Source of the DNA: an uncultured Fidelibacterota bacterium
GTDB lineage: Bacteria > Fidelibacterota > Marinisomatia > Marinisomatales > Marinisomataceae
Length of the DNA: 64,000 nucleotides
Assembly: GCA_902525615.1 (NCBI GenBank)
Contig: CABZHT010000003.1
Location: 37,906-101,905, forward strand
Direction of reading: 5' to 3'
Made by a program: the position numbers and the translations under genes. The first letter of the stretch is position 1; each line of letters starts with the position of its first letter. The notes beneath the pieces are model-generated. The model saw only the letters and a program-made list of their open reading frames with translations, was not told where the DNA came from and ran no database searches. Of this stretch, positions 1-8,347 are shown piece by piece.

Positions 1-2
1 TG

Positions 3-920
3 GTTTTAATTATTTTTAAAAAATTTTTTTTCAACAAATCTACATCTATTCAAGTTTCCAATTTTAACAGTCTTAAAAATTTCTTCGGATATCAGGGTAA
101 GTTTAAAGTATTTTTAATTAACTCTCTCTTTATTATTGCATTAGTTTCTATCATAATAGGTTTAGCAAGACCTAGAATATCCTCAGTTGATAAAAATATA
201 ACAGTAGAGGTTATAGACATCGTTCTTGTATTAGATACAAGCAGTAGTATGCTTGCAGATGATTTTAAGCCAAATAGATTGGAAGCTGTTAAAGATGCTG
301 CGAAAGAATTTATTGAAAATAGAAACGGTGATAGAATTGGTTTATTAGTTTTTGGTAAGGACACTTTTATACAATGCCCATTAACAATTGACTATAGTGT
401 TTTAAATAATTTATTATCTGAAGTTACTGTTATGGAGCCTAAATATGATGGAACAGCAATAGGTGTTGCTATTGCAAATGGAGTAAATAGGCTCAGAAAC
501 AGTGATTCAGAAAGTAAGGTAATTATTCTACTTTCGGATGGAAGTAATAATGTAGGTTCAATTGATCCAATTTCAGCAGCAAAAATTGCAAAAGAATATA
601 ATATTAAAGTTTATACAATTGGAGCAGGAACCAACCAATCTATCACCCAGATACCTGGAAGAGGATTTGTAAGAAATGAAATTGATGAAGAAACCTTAAA
701 AGGAATAGCTGAAGTAACAAATGCAAAATATTTTAGGGCTGCAGACAAAGAAAGCTTGTCCGGAATCTATTCAGAAATTGATAATTTAGAAAAATCCGAA
801 ATTACTGTAAGTTATTTTTCAAGTTATCAAGAAATTTATATTTGGTTTCTTTCTATCGGATTTTTCTTACTCATAATTCATGAAATTTTGAGATCATATT
901 ATTTCAGGAGAGTTATATGA
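3..920 (+). CDS. batA: BatA-like VWA-domain membrane protein, 5'-partial (frame open to the window edge)
   Basis: The frame is open from nt 3. The MIDAS motif DIVLVLDTSSSM spans the ATG at 249 used by the ORF track, so the real start lies upstream of the window. LLSDGSNN motif and C-terminal TM helix are present, and batB-E follow. Confidence 0.85.
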   Translation, partial: VLIIFKKFFFNKSTSIQVSNFNSLKNFFGYQGKFKVFLINSLFIIALVSIIIGLARPRISSVDKNITVEVIDIVLVLDTSSSMLADDFKPNRLEAVKDAAKEFIENRNGDRIGLLVFGKDTFIQCPLTIDYSVLNNLLSEVTVMEPKYDGTAIGVAIANGVNRLRNSDSESKVIILLSDGSNNVGSIDPISAAKIAKEYNIKVYTIGAGTNQSITQIPGRGFVRNEIDEETLKGIAEVTNAKYFRAADKESLSGIYSEIDNLEKSEITVSYFSSYQEIYIWFLSIGFFLLIIHEILRSYYFRRVI

Positions 921-1912
921 ACTTTGAATATTTAAACTTTGCTCTTGTTTGTTTAGCTATGTTTTTTTTAACGATAATCTTTTCATTTTATAGATCAAGT
1001 AGATATAGAATTTTCGATAACAAAAATTTTTCAAAAAACTTCTTTAATAGTTTATTTATTGGCAATTCAAGCACAATTTCATTAAAAATCCTCCTTAGAT
1101 TAATAGGAATTTTAAGTTTAATAATTGCTATTTCAGGAATAAAGACAGGAGTAACTGTAAAACCCGTTGAAAGAAAAGGTGTTGATATAGTTTTTTGTGT
1201 TGATGTTTCTTTAAGCATGGATGCTCAAGATATTAAACCTTCAAGAATTGATAAGGTTAAATTTGAACTATCCAAAATCGTTGATAGTCTTGAAGGGGAT
1301 AGAATTGGCGTTGTAGTTTTTTCTGGCTCAAATTTCCTTTATCTTCCTTTAACAATGGACTACGATGCATCAAAACTTTTTATTAAAAGTATTGATACTT
1401 CAATGATATCTTCAAGAGGTACTGATATACCAAACGCAATTAAAACCTCAGTTGAAGCTTTTGATAATGAAGATGATCAACAAAAAATGATTTTCCTTTT
1501 TACAGACGGTGAAGATCACAGCGATTTGTCCATTGATGATATATCTTACTTAGTTAATGATAGAATTGATCTACACGTTATTGGCGTAGGGAGTTCAAAA
1601 GGATCGCTAATTCCGATTCGCAGTAAACAAAACTCTTTTTTAAAAGATGAGTCAGGTGAATTAGTCCTCTCGAAAATAAATTTAAATTTTTTAAGAGAAA
1701 TATCGTTATTAAAGAATGGAAAATTATTACGTATCTCAAAGAGTGAGCCAATAAGCGAAAATATTATAGATATTATAAAAAAAGGGGAAGACTCTTTAAT
1801 CAGTTCATTTGAATTTTCAGACTATGAACATAAATTTCAGTATCCATTAGCAGTTGCAATATTACTTCTAATGATATCTTATTTAATTTCATCAGGTAAA
1901 AGAAAAATATGA
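917..1912 (+). CDS. batB: BatB-like VWA-domain membrane protein
   Basis: MIDAS motif VDIVFCVDVSLSMDAQD, FLFTDGEDH, N- and C-terminal TM segments. ATGA overlap with batA. Confidence 0.85.
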   Translation: MNFEYLNFALVCLAMFFLTIIFSFYRSSRYRIFDNKNFSKNFFNSLFIGNSSTISLKILLRLIGILSLIIAISGIKTGVTVKPVERKGVDIVFCVDVSLSMDAQDIKPSRIDKVKFELSKIVDSLEGDRIGVVVFSGSNFLYLPLTMDYDASKLFIKSIDTSMISSRGTDIPNAIKTSVEAFDNEDDQQKMIFLFTDGEDHSDLSIDDISYLVNDRIDLHVIGVGSSKGSLIPIRSKQNSFLKDESGELVLSKINLNFLREISLLKNGKLLRISKSEPISENIIDIIKKGEDSLISSFEFSDYEHKFQYPLAVAILLLMISYLISSGKRKI

Positions 1913-2637
1913 GATTTTTAATAATTATATTACTTTTTTCAAAAGCTGTATCACAGGATATAGGACAAAAAATGATTGATAATGGAGATTATGAATCAGC
2001 ACTAAATTATTATCAGTATTTACTAAATGAAGAGAATTTATCTAAAGATGATATTATCTACAATCTAGCCACAATATATTCATCCATAGATAGTCTAAAA
2101 AAAGCAGAAGAGTTTTTTGATTATGCTATGCAAGATAGTTTAAATCCATCTTCAGAATTAAGTTATAATCGAGGAAATTTGCTCTATAGATCAAAAATGT
2201 TAGATGAAAGTTTGAAATCTTACAGAGACGCACTTCTTAAAAATCCTGAAGATAATGATGCAAGAAAAAACTATGAATTTGTAAAGAATGAAATTGAAAA
2301 AAATCAACAAGCTCAACAACAGAATCAAGACCAGGATGATAATAGCGAAGATTCAGAAAATAATGAAAACAACCAAAACGAAGATCAGAATCAACAAGAC
2401 AAAAACAAGGATGATAATTCAAATAATTCCGATAGCAATCCCGAAAAAAATAATAATGATGATGGTCCAAAAAATCAAGATACATCACAATCAAAACAAC
2501 AGGAAAACAACGAAGAAAAACAAATTGAAATTGACCAAAATGTTGAAAATATTTTAAATGCTATGAAAGAGAATGAAAAAGTAAATAAAAAGCGAAAACA
2601 AAACAATTTCTCTAACGAAAGTGGAAAAGAATGGTAA
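1909..2637 (+). CDS. batC: BatC-like TPR protein with a long N/Q/D/E-rich acidic tail
   Basis: N-terminal hydrophobic segment and TPR-like repeats (ALNYYQYLL, AEEFFDYAM, SLKSYRDALLKNP), then about 75 aa of low complexity. Third position in the bat operon. Confidence 0.75.
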   Translation: MRFLIIILLFSKAVSQDIGQKMIDNGDYESALNYYQYLLNEENLSKDDIIYNLATIYSSIDSLKKAEEFFDYAMQDSLNPSSELSYNRGNLLYRSKMLDESLKSYRDALLKNPEDNDARKNYEFVKNEIEKNQQAQQQNQDQDDNSEDSENNENNQNEDQNQQDKNKDDNSNNSDSNPEKNNNDDGPKNQDTSQSKQQENNEEKQIEIDQNVENILNAMKENEKVNKKRKQNNFSNESGKEW

Positions 2638-4337
2638 GAATTTTTTTTATCATTACTTCATTTATAGGTTTTATAAATGCACAAGAAATATCATCTTCAG
2701 TCTCAACTAAAAATATAAGTATTACTGAATCAATAATTTTTACAATTAAAATTTCGGACGTTGATGAAAATCCGTCGGTTGATATATCAAAAATAGAAGA
2801 TTCCTTTTCAATTATATCAGGTCCAAATATTGGAAGTGAGTATAGGTTTGTAAATGGCGACAGAACCTCTTCTAGATCAATTTCTTGGACCTTAATTGCA
2901 AAAGAACATGGAATGCTTGAAATACCATCCTTGAAAGTCAATATTGGTCAAAAAATATTAATAACTGAACCTCACAAAATTCAAGTTTCTAAACAAACTG
3001 CTGATCAAGCCACTAAAGATCTTTTTCTGGAAGTCAAAGTAAGTACAAACGAAGCTTTTGTAGGAGAACAAATTAAATTAACATATACTTTTTACACTAG
3101 AGTAGCATCAAAGGTATTATCTACAGAATTTCCTGAATATAATGACTTTTGGGTTGAAAAATTATTTGACCCAGTTGGAATTCAATTCACTCCAGAAAGT
3201 TGGACTGATATAGAAATTGATGGATATAATTACAAATCTTTAAAAATCTATGAAGTAGCTTTATTTCCAATTGAAGAAGGAATTTATAATCTCAAGTCAA
3301 TGATTATGAAGATTGAGACAAAAAATAAAGACTCATCATTTAATAGGCTTTTTTGGGATGATCCATTTTTTGATACATTTTCTCAAAGAACTAGAGCTAA
3401 ACTGCTTGTTTCTGACCCAGTTTCAATTAAGGTGTTACCTCTACAAAATATCCCAGAAAATTTTACTGGTGCAGTTGGAGATTTTACTCTCAATTCATCG
3501 CTATCGAATTCAAATATTGACGAAGGATCTCCTGTAGTATTTAAGGTGACTTTAAAGGGAGAAGGAAATCTTTCTAATATAGGAAGACCAAAAATAGTAT
3601 TTCCAGACGATTTTGATATTTTTGAAGGTGAAACCAAAATTGAAAAAAATATTACCGATGATTTTTCTGGCTTGATTACCTGGGAGTACAATTTAATTCC
3701 CAGAAAAGACGGCTCTTATATTATTGATTCAATTGAAATACCTTTTTTTAGTTCGGATACTAAATCATGGACAAAAGCATTATCAAAAAATATAAATTTA
3801 AATGTTAATAAGAGCACAATTTTTGATATATCTGATAAAGAAATTTTGAATTCAAATTCAAATCTGATTAGATATATTAGAATAGGTGAACAGAACTGGA
3901 TATCTTCATCAAAATTCAAAATTCAAAATTCGATTTTCTTTATACTTTTTATAGCCTTCATACTATTTATAATACCATATTTTGAATCAAGTTTTAGAAA
4001 TCTTAGAAGATATATAAATCAATATATAAAATTGAATAATGCTTTAAATAATTCATTAAAAAACCTTGATTTATCACATTCAATATATGAGGACGGAATA
4101 AAAATCATCAAAAAATATTTTAATCAAAAAAATATTTTAAGTTCAATAAATATTGATATCACTTCATTAAAGAGCATTTTAAAAAATAAAATTAAATCAA
4201 ATGATTTTGATGCTATATCAAAGCTTTTGGATGAATTTCAAGCTAAATCGTATTCTCAGCTTAAAGATGATAAAGATGAAGAGAATATTAAGAAATCTTT
4301 AAAGAAAATTTTAAAAAGGATTGATGAATATGTTTAA
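2631..4337 (+). CDS. batD: BatD-like oxygen-tolerance protein
   Basis: Signal peptide (FIGFINAQ), 568 aa beta-rich ectodomain, one TM helix near the C-terminus followed by a K-rich tail. Sits between batC and batE. Confidence 0.7.
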   Translation: MVRIFFIITSFIGFINAQEISSSVSTKNISITESIIFTIKISDVDENPSVDISKIEDSFSIISGPNIGSEYRFVNGDRTSSRSISWTLIAKEHGMLEIPSLKVNIGQKILITEPHKIQVSKQTADQATKDLFLEVKVSTNEAFVGEQIKLTYTFYTRVASKVLSTEFPEYNDFWVEKLFDPVGIQFTPESWTDIEIDGYNYKSLKIYEVALFPIEEGIYNLKSMIMKIETKNKDSSFNRLFWDDPFFDTFSQRTRAKLLVSDPVSIKVLPLQNIPENFTGAVGDFTLNSSLSNSNIDEGSPVVFKVTLKGEGNLSNIGRPKIVFPDDFDIFEGETKIEKNITDDFSGLITWEYNLIPRKDGSYIIDSIEIPFFSSDTKSWTKALSKNINLNVNKSTIFDISDKEILNSNSNLIRYIRIGEQNWISSSKFKIQNSIFFILFIAFILFIIPYFESSFRNLRRYINQYIKLNNALNNSLKNLDLSHSIYEDGIKIIKKYFNQKNILSSINIDITSLKSILKNKIKSNDFDAISKLLDEFQAKSYSQLKDDKDEENIKKSLKKILKRIDEYV

Positions 4338-5070
4338 AGTCATCATTATTATTTTCTTTAATTTCACAATTGTTTTTTCACAAAACATCAATGAGCTTTT
4401 TGATAATGGGAATGAATTTTATAGTGAAAATAATTATAAAGAAGCAATTTCAAATTATGAAAAGATATTAGAAAATGGCTTCTTTTCAGAGGATTTATAT
4501 TTGAATTTAGGTAATGCTTACTTTCATGAATCCAATTTTGGCAAAGCTAGATGGTCATATGAAATGGGTTTAAAATTAAATCCAATCAATTCTGATTTGA
4601 AAAATAATAATAATGTCAATAAAGCATATATTGATGGCTATATTGAGTTACCTAAAAATAACTTAATTGATATAATAAATATTTTTTTTCAATCACTTTC
4701 TCTTAACCAATTTCTTTTAATTAATTCATATTTTATTCTTTTGACTGCAATAACATTTTTTTTAATGAAAGTATTTCAATTAAAAGTGCTTAAAAGAATT
4801 TTTTATTTGATTTCAATAATCGTATTTATATCAGTTTTAATTACTTTTACTAAAAATATTTGGGATCAAAATAATTTATATGCAATTATTGTTGATGAAG
4901 AAGTTACAGTTTATTCTGCTCCTTTTTTAAATCAAGCAATAGAACAATCAGTATTTAATAGAGGTAATAAAGTGAAAATGCATCAAAAAACTGATGTGTG
5001 GATTGAAGTTTCAACTTTTGATGGAAGAAAAGGTTGGATTCGAGCTCAAGATGTTAGAAATTTGTATTAA
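4324..5070 (+). CDS. batE: BatE-like TPR / SH3b-domain membrane protein
   Basis: TPR repeats (KEAISNYEKILE, LNLGNAYFHESNFGKARWSYEMGLKLNP), TM helices, C-terminal SH3-like VWIEVSTFDGRKGWIRAQDV. The first ATG is 3 nt after the TTG used by the ORF track. Confidence 0.7.
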   Translation: MNMFKVIIIIFFNFTIVFSQNINELFDNGNEFYSENNYKEAISNYEKILENGFFSEDLYLNLGNAYFHESNFGKARWSYEMGLKLNPINSDLKNNNNVNKAYIDGYIELPKNNLIDIINIFFQSLSLNQFLLINSYFILLTAITFFLMKVFQLKVLKRIFYLISIIVFISVLITFTKNIWDQNNLYAIIVDEEVTVYSAPFLNQAIEQSVFNRGNKVKMHQKTDVWIEVSTFDGRKGWIRAQDVRNLY

Positions 5071-5071
5071 T

Positions 5072-5485
5072 ATGAGATATTTTTTAATCCTTTTCTTTAT
5101 TAGTAACGCACTTTGCCAATCTGACTTTTTAAAGCCAAGTGATTTTAATGATAATCCTCCAAAATTTCCTACCGTCAATTTACCTTCATTTTCTAGTCAA
5201 GATGAAATAGAATACATTTCCTCAACTGATGAGATTAATTTAATAAAGGGATATAGAGTTCAAATTGTTATTTCGCAAAATGAACAGGAACTACAAGATA
5301 TTAAGTCTGAAATTGAAAAATCAATTAATGAGCAAATTTACATTATTTTTGAATTACCAAATTATAAATTAAGAGTTGGAAATTTTGTTAACAGGAAAGA
5401 GGCTGAAAGTTTTCAGAAAAAAATTGTGAGATTAGGTTATAGAGCAGCCTGGGTTGTTCCCACGATGATTGAAAAGGATGATTAA
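5072..5485 (+). CDS. SPOR-domain (peptidoglycan-binding) secreted protein
   Basis: Start trimmed to the ATG preceding the signal peptide MRYFLILFFISNALC. The C-terminus GYRVQIV...YKLRVGNFVNRKEAESFQKKIVRLGYRAAWVV is SPOR-like. Confidence 0.65.
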   Translation: MRYFLILFFISNALCQSDFLKPSDFNDNPPKFPTVNLPSFSSQDEIEYISSTDEINLIKGYRVQIVISQNEQELQDIKSEIEKSINEQIYIIFELPNYKLRVGNFVNRKEAESFQKKIVRLGYRAAWVVPTMIEKDD

Positions 5486-6213
5486 TGGCTGGTCATAGTA
5501 AGTGGTCAACTATAAAACGAAAAAAAGGTGCTCTCGATCAGAAAAGAGGCAAGATTTTTTCAACAATAAGTAAAGAGATAACTGTATCTTCAAGATTGGG
5601 TGGAAAAGATATTGATTCAAACCCGAGACTACGACAGGCAGTAAAGAAAGCAAAGTCATTAAACATGCCAAACTCAAATATTGATAAAGCAATTAAAAAA
5701 GGTGTTGGAGAATTAGATAATGTAATTATTGAAGAGGTGTCATATGAAGGATATGGACCTTATGGAGTAGCAATACTTATAGAAGCAATAACGGATAATA
5801 AGAATAGAACAGTTGCCGATATTAGGCATGCGCTTTCAAAATTTGGTGGCTCTCTTGGTCAAGATGGTAGCGTTTCTTGGAATTTTGAAAGAAATGGTAT
5901 AATTCTTATTGATAAAAATGAAATTTCTGAAAATGAAATCTTTGAATTTTCAATTGAAAATGATTGTATTGAATTTTTTGAAGATGAAGAATGCTATAGA
6001 TTGTATTTCAATGCAAATGATCTTTATAACAAGCTTGATATTCTCGAAAAATTAAGCATTAATGTAGATTCTTCTTTTTTGGCATATGTGCCCAAAGATG
6101 AAATAGGTTTAAGTAAAGATGAAAATCAAAAAGTTGAAAAATTATTAGAATTCTTAGATGATTTAGAGGATGTGCAAAATGTATTTTCAAACCAATCACT
6201 AGGAAAAAGCTAA
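5485..6213 (+). CDS. yebC: YebC/PmpR-family transcriptional regulator
   Basis: Hallmark N-terminus MAGHSKWSTIKRKKGALDQKRGKIF, 242 aa, immediately upstream of ruvC as in many bacteria. Confidence 0.9.
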   Translation: MAGHSKWSTIKRKKGALDQKRGKIFSTISKEITVSSRLGGKDIDSNPRLRQAVKKAKSLNMPNSNIDKAIKKGVGELDNVIIEEVSYEGYGPYGVAILIEAITDNKNRTVADIRHALSKFGGSLGQDGSVSWNFERNGIILIDKNEISENEIFEFSIENDCIEFFEDEECYRLYFNANDLYNKLDILEKLSINVDSSFLAYVPKDEIGLSKDENQKVEKLLEFLDDLEDVQNVFSNQSLGKS

Positions 6214-6683
6214 TGGTAATTATTGGCTTTGATCCAGGGTTAACTAATACAGGTTATGCTGTTTTGAGAAAAAAAAGTAACGAAATAACGATGGTTGAGT
6301 GCGGATTAATTAGTCCCAAAAAAGGAAAAGAAGTTTCGGAAAGATTATATACTATATTTTTTGAAACAAATAATCTAATAAAAAAATTTAAACCAGAAGT
6401 GTTGTATGTTGAAAATGTCTTTTATGGAAAAAATGTTCAATCAGCAATTAAGTTAGGTCAGGCTAAGTCATCAGTGATGCTTGCAGCAGAACATAATAAT
6501 ATTGTCTCAAAAGAATTTAGCCCAAGAGAAATAAAGCAATCAATTGTAGGTAATGGTTCAGCGTCAAAAGAACAGGTTGCATTTATGGTAAAAAAAATAT
6601 TTAAATTAGATGATAAAGTTTTAAAGAAAAATGATATCTCAGATGCAATTGCAGTTGCGTGGTGCGGAATAAATAGGACATAG
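6213..6683 (+). CDS. ruvC: Holliday junction resolvase RuvC
   Basis: IIGFDPGLTNTGYAVL, YVENVFYGKN, DISDAIAVAWC; 156 aa. Confidence 0.9.
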   Translation: MVIIGFDPGLTNTGYAVLRKKSNEITMVECGLISPKKGKEVSERLYTIFFETNNLIKKFKPEVLYVENVFYGKNVQSAIKLGQAKSSVMLAAEHNNIVSKEFSPREIKQSIVGNGSASKEQVAFMVKKIFKLDDKVLKKNDISDAIAVAWCGINRT

Positions 6684-7277
6684 ATGATTAATTCAATTTC
6701 AGGAAAAATTTTCAAAAAAGAACCAACAACATTATACATTGAAAATAATGGAATAGTTTTTAGTATTTCAATTTGTTTAAGAGATTATGAAAAATTGCCA
6801 TCAGAAAATGAAAATATTTTTATATATACATATTTAAATGTAAAAGAAAATTTAATGGAGCTTTATGGTTTTATGGGTTTAGAACGAAGAACTCTTTTTT
6901 TAAATTTAATTGATGTATCAGGAATTGGGCCTAGAACTGCTATCAACCTTCTTTCAAATGCATCTGTATCAAGCTTTAAAGATAACATTGTTTCGGAAGA
7001 CGTTAAATCACTTAGTCTTATTCCTGGAATAGGTCCCAAAACAGCAAAAAGAATTATTTTAGATATCAAGGAGAAGATAACATCAACACCAATTTCAACA
7101 CAAAAACTCGATAGTGATAAGTTTGACTTTTCTTACGATGATATTTATACTGCACTCTCTTCACTGGGTTATAAAAAGTCACAAATAGACAAGGCAGTTA
7201 AAAAATTAAATGATGAAGGTTCATACGAAGGTGATATTGAAAATGTAATTAAAAGAATTTTGGCTATCATTCGATGA
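6684..7277 (+). CDS. ruvA: Holliday junction DNA helicase subunit RuvA
   Basis: Helix-hairpin-helix motifs LIDVSGIGPRTA and LIPGIGPKTAKRI; 197 aa; follows ruvC. Confidence 0.9.
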   Translation: MINSISGKIFKKEPTTLYIENNGIVFSISICLRDYEKLPSENENIFIYTYLNVKENLMELYGFMGLERRTLFLNLIDVSGIGPRTAINLLSNASVSSFKDNIVSEDVKSLSLIPGIGPKTAKRIILDIKEKITSTPISTQKLDSDKFDFSYDDIYTALSSLGYKKSQIDKAVKKLNDEGSYEGDIENVIKRILAIIR

Positions 7278-8347
7278 GTGATTATAGAAAAACTAAACTT
7301 TATGATTCTCATCAAAGTTTAAAAGCAAAATTAGTTCCATTTTCTGGATTTTGGATGCCTCTCCAATATTCAAGTATAATAAAAGAGCATCATCATGTGC
7401 GCTCAAAGTGTGGATTATTTGATGTAAGTCATATGGGGGAGTTTATTGTTTCTGGAAATAATGCTAAAACTTTTTTACAGAATGTAACCACCAATGATAT
7501 TCAAAACCTGGAGGCTGGTAAAGTTCAATATTCTGCTTTCTGTAACGATTCCGGTGGAGTCATTGATGATTTACTGGTGTATCATCTTGGCGATTGCTAC
7601 ATGTTGGTAGTAAATGCTTCAAATATTGAAAAAAACTTTGAATGGCTTTCTTCAAATTTAATTGATGATGTATCATTAGAAGATAAATCTGACACCATTT
7701 CTTTGTTAGCTTTGCAAGGCCCTTTATCAAAGACTTATCTAAAAAAACTCTATCCAAAAATTGAAGATTTAAAATATTATGAAACATTGCTTCCAGACAA
7801 TAATGAGGTTATAGTTGCAAGAACTGGTTATTCAGGTGAGTTAGGTTTTGAAATTTATGCTCCAAATTCAATCATTTTAAAACTTTGGAATGAAATTTTA
7901 TCTCTTTCAGATGATATATTACCTGTTGGATTAGGATGTAGAGACTCATTGAGGCTTGAAATGGGATATTGTTTGTACGGAAATGAGCTTAATGAGCAAA
8001 CGACAACAATTGAAGCAGGATTATCATGGATAACAAAGCATGAGACAAGTTTTATCGGTTCAAATTCAATGCAAGATAATTTACCATCTAAGAAATTAAT
8101 TGCACTTATATCAGAGGAAAGAGCTATACCGAGATCAGGTTATAAGATATTTTCGAAAGACAAAAAAGAAGTGGGCATAGTTACAAGCGGAGGGATGTCT
8201 CCATGTTTAAAGAAAGGAATTGCTTTGGCCTATGTTGATTATGAAATGAGGTTAGATAAAGAATTTTTGATTGGAATAAGAGATAATTTCTTTATTTTTG
8301 AAAAAACTAAATTACCATTCTATAAAAATGGGACTTATTTAAAATGA
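7274..8347 (+). CDS. gcvT: Glycine cleavage system aminomethyltransferase (T protein)
   Basis: FDVSHMGEF, ARTGYSGELGFEIY, DSLRLEMGYCLYGNEL; 357 aa. Confidence 0.9.
   Translation: MSDYRKTKLYDSHQSLKAKLVPFSGFWMPLQYSSIIKEHHHVRSKCGLFDVSHMGEFIVSGNNAKTFLQNVTTNDIQNLEAGKVQYSAFCNDSGGVIDDLLVYHLGDCYMLVVNASNIEKNFEWLSSNLIDDVSLEDKSDTISLLALQGPLSKTYLKKLYPKIEDLKYYETLLPDNNEVIVARTGYSGELGFEIYAPNSIILKLWNEILSLSDDILPVGLGCRDSLRLEMGYCLYGNELNEQTTTIEAGLSWITKHETSFIGSNSMQDNLPSKKLIALISEERAIPRSGYKIFSKDKKEVGIVTSGGMSPCLKKGIALAYVDYEMRLDKEFLIGIRDNFFIFEKTKLPFYKNGTYLK

Noticed and set aside
2237-2557. ORFs 2237-2494 (-) and 2288-2557 (+) in the batC region
   Set aside because: They are by-products of the purine-rich low-complexity tract of BatC. 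Their K/I/M-rich or H/Y/F-rich products are not plausible proteins.
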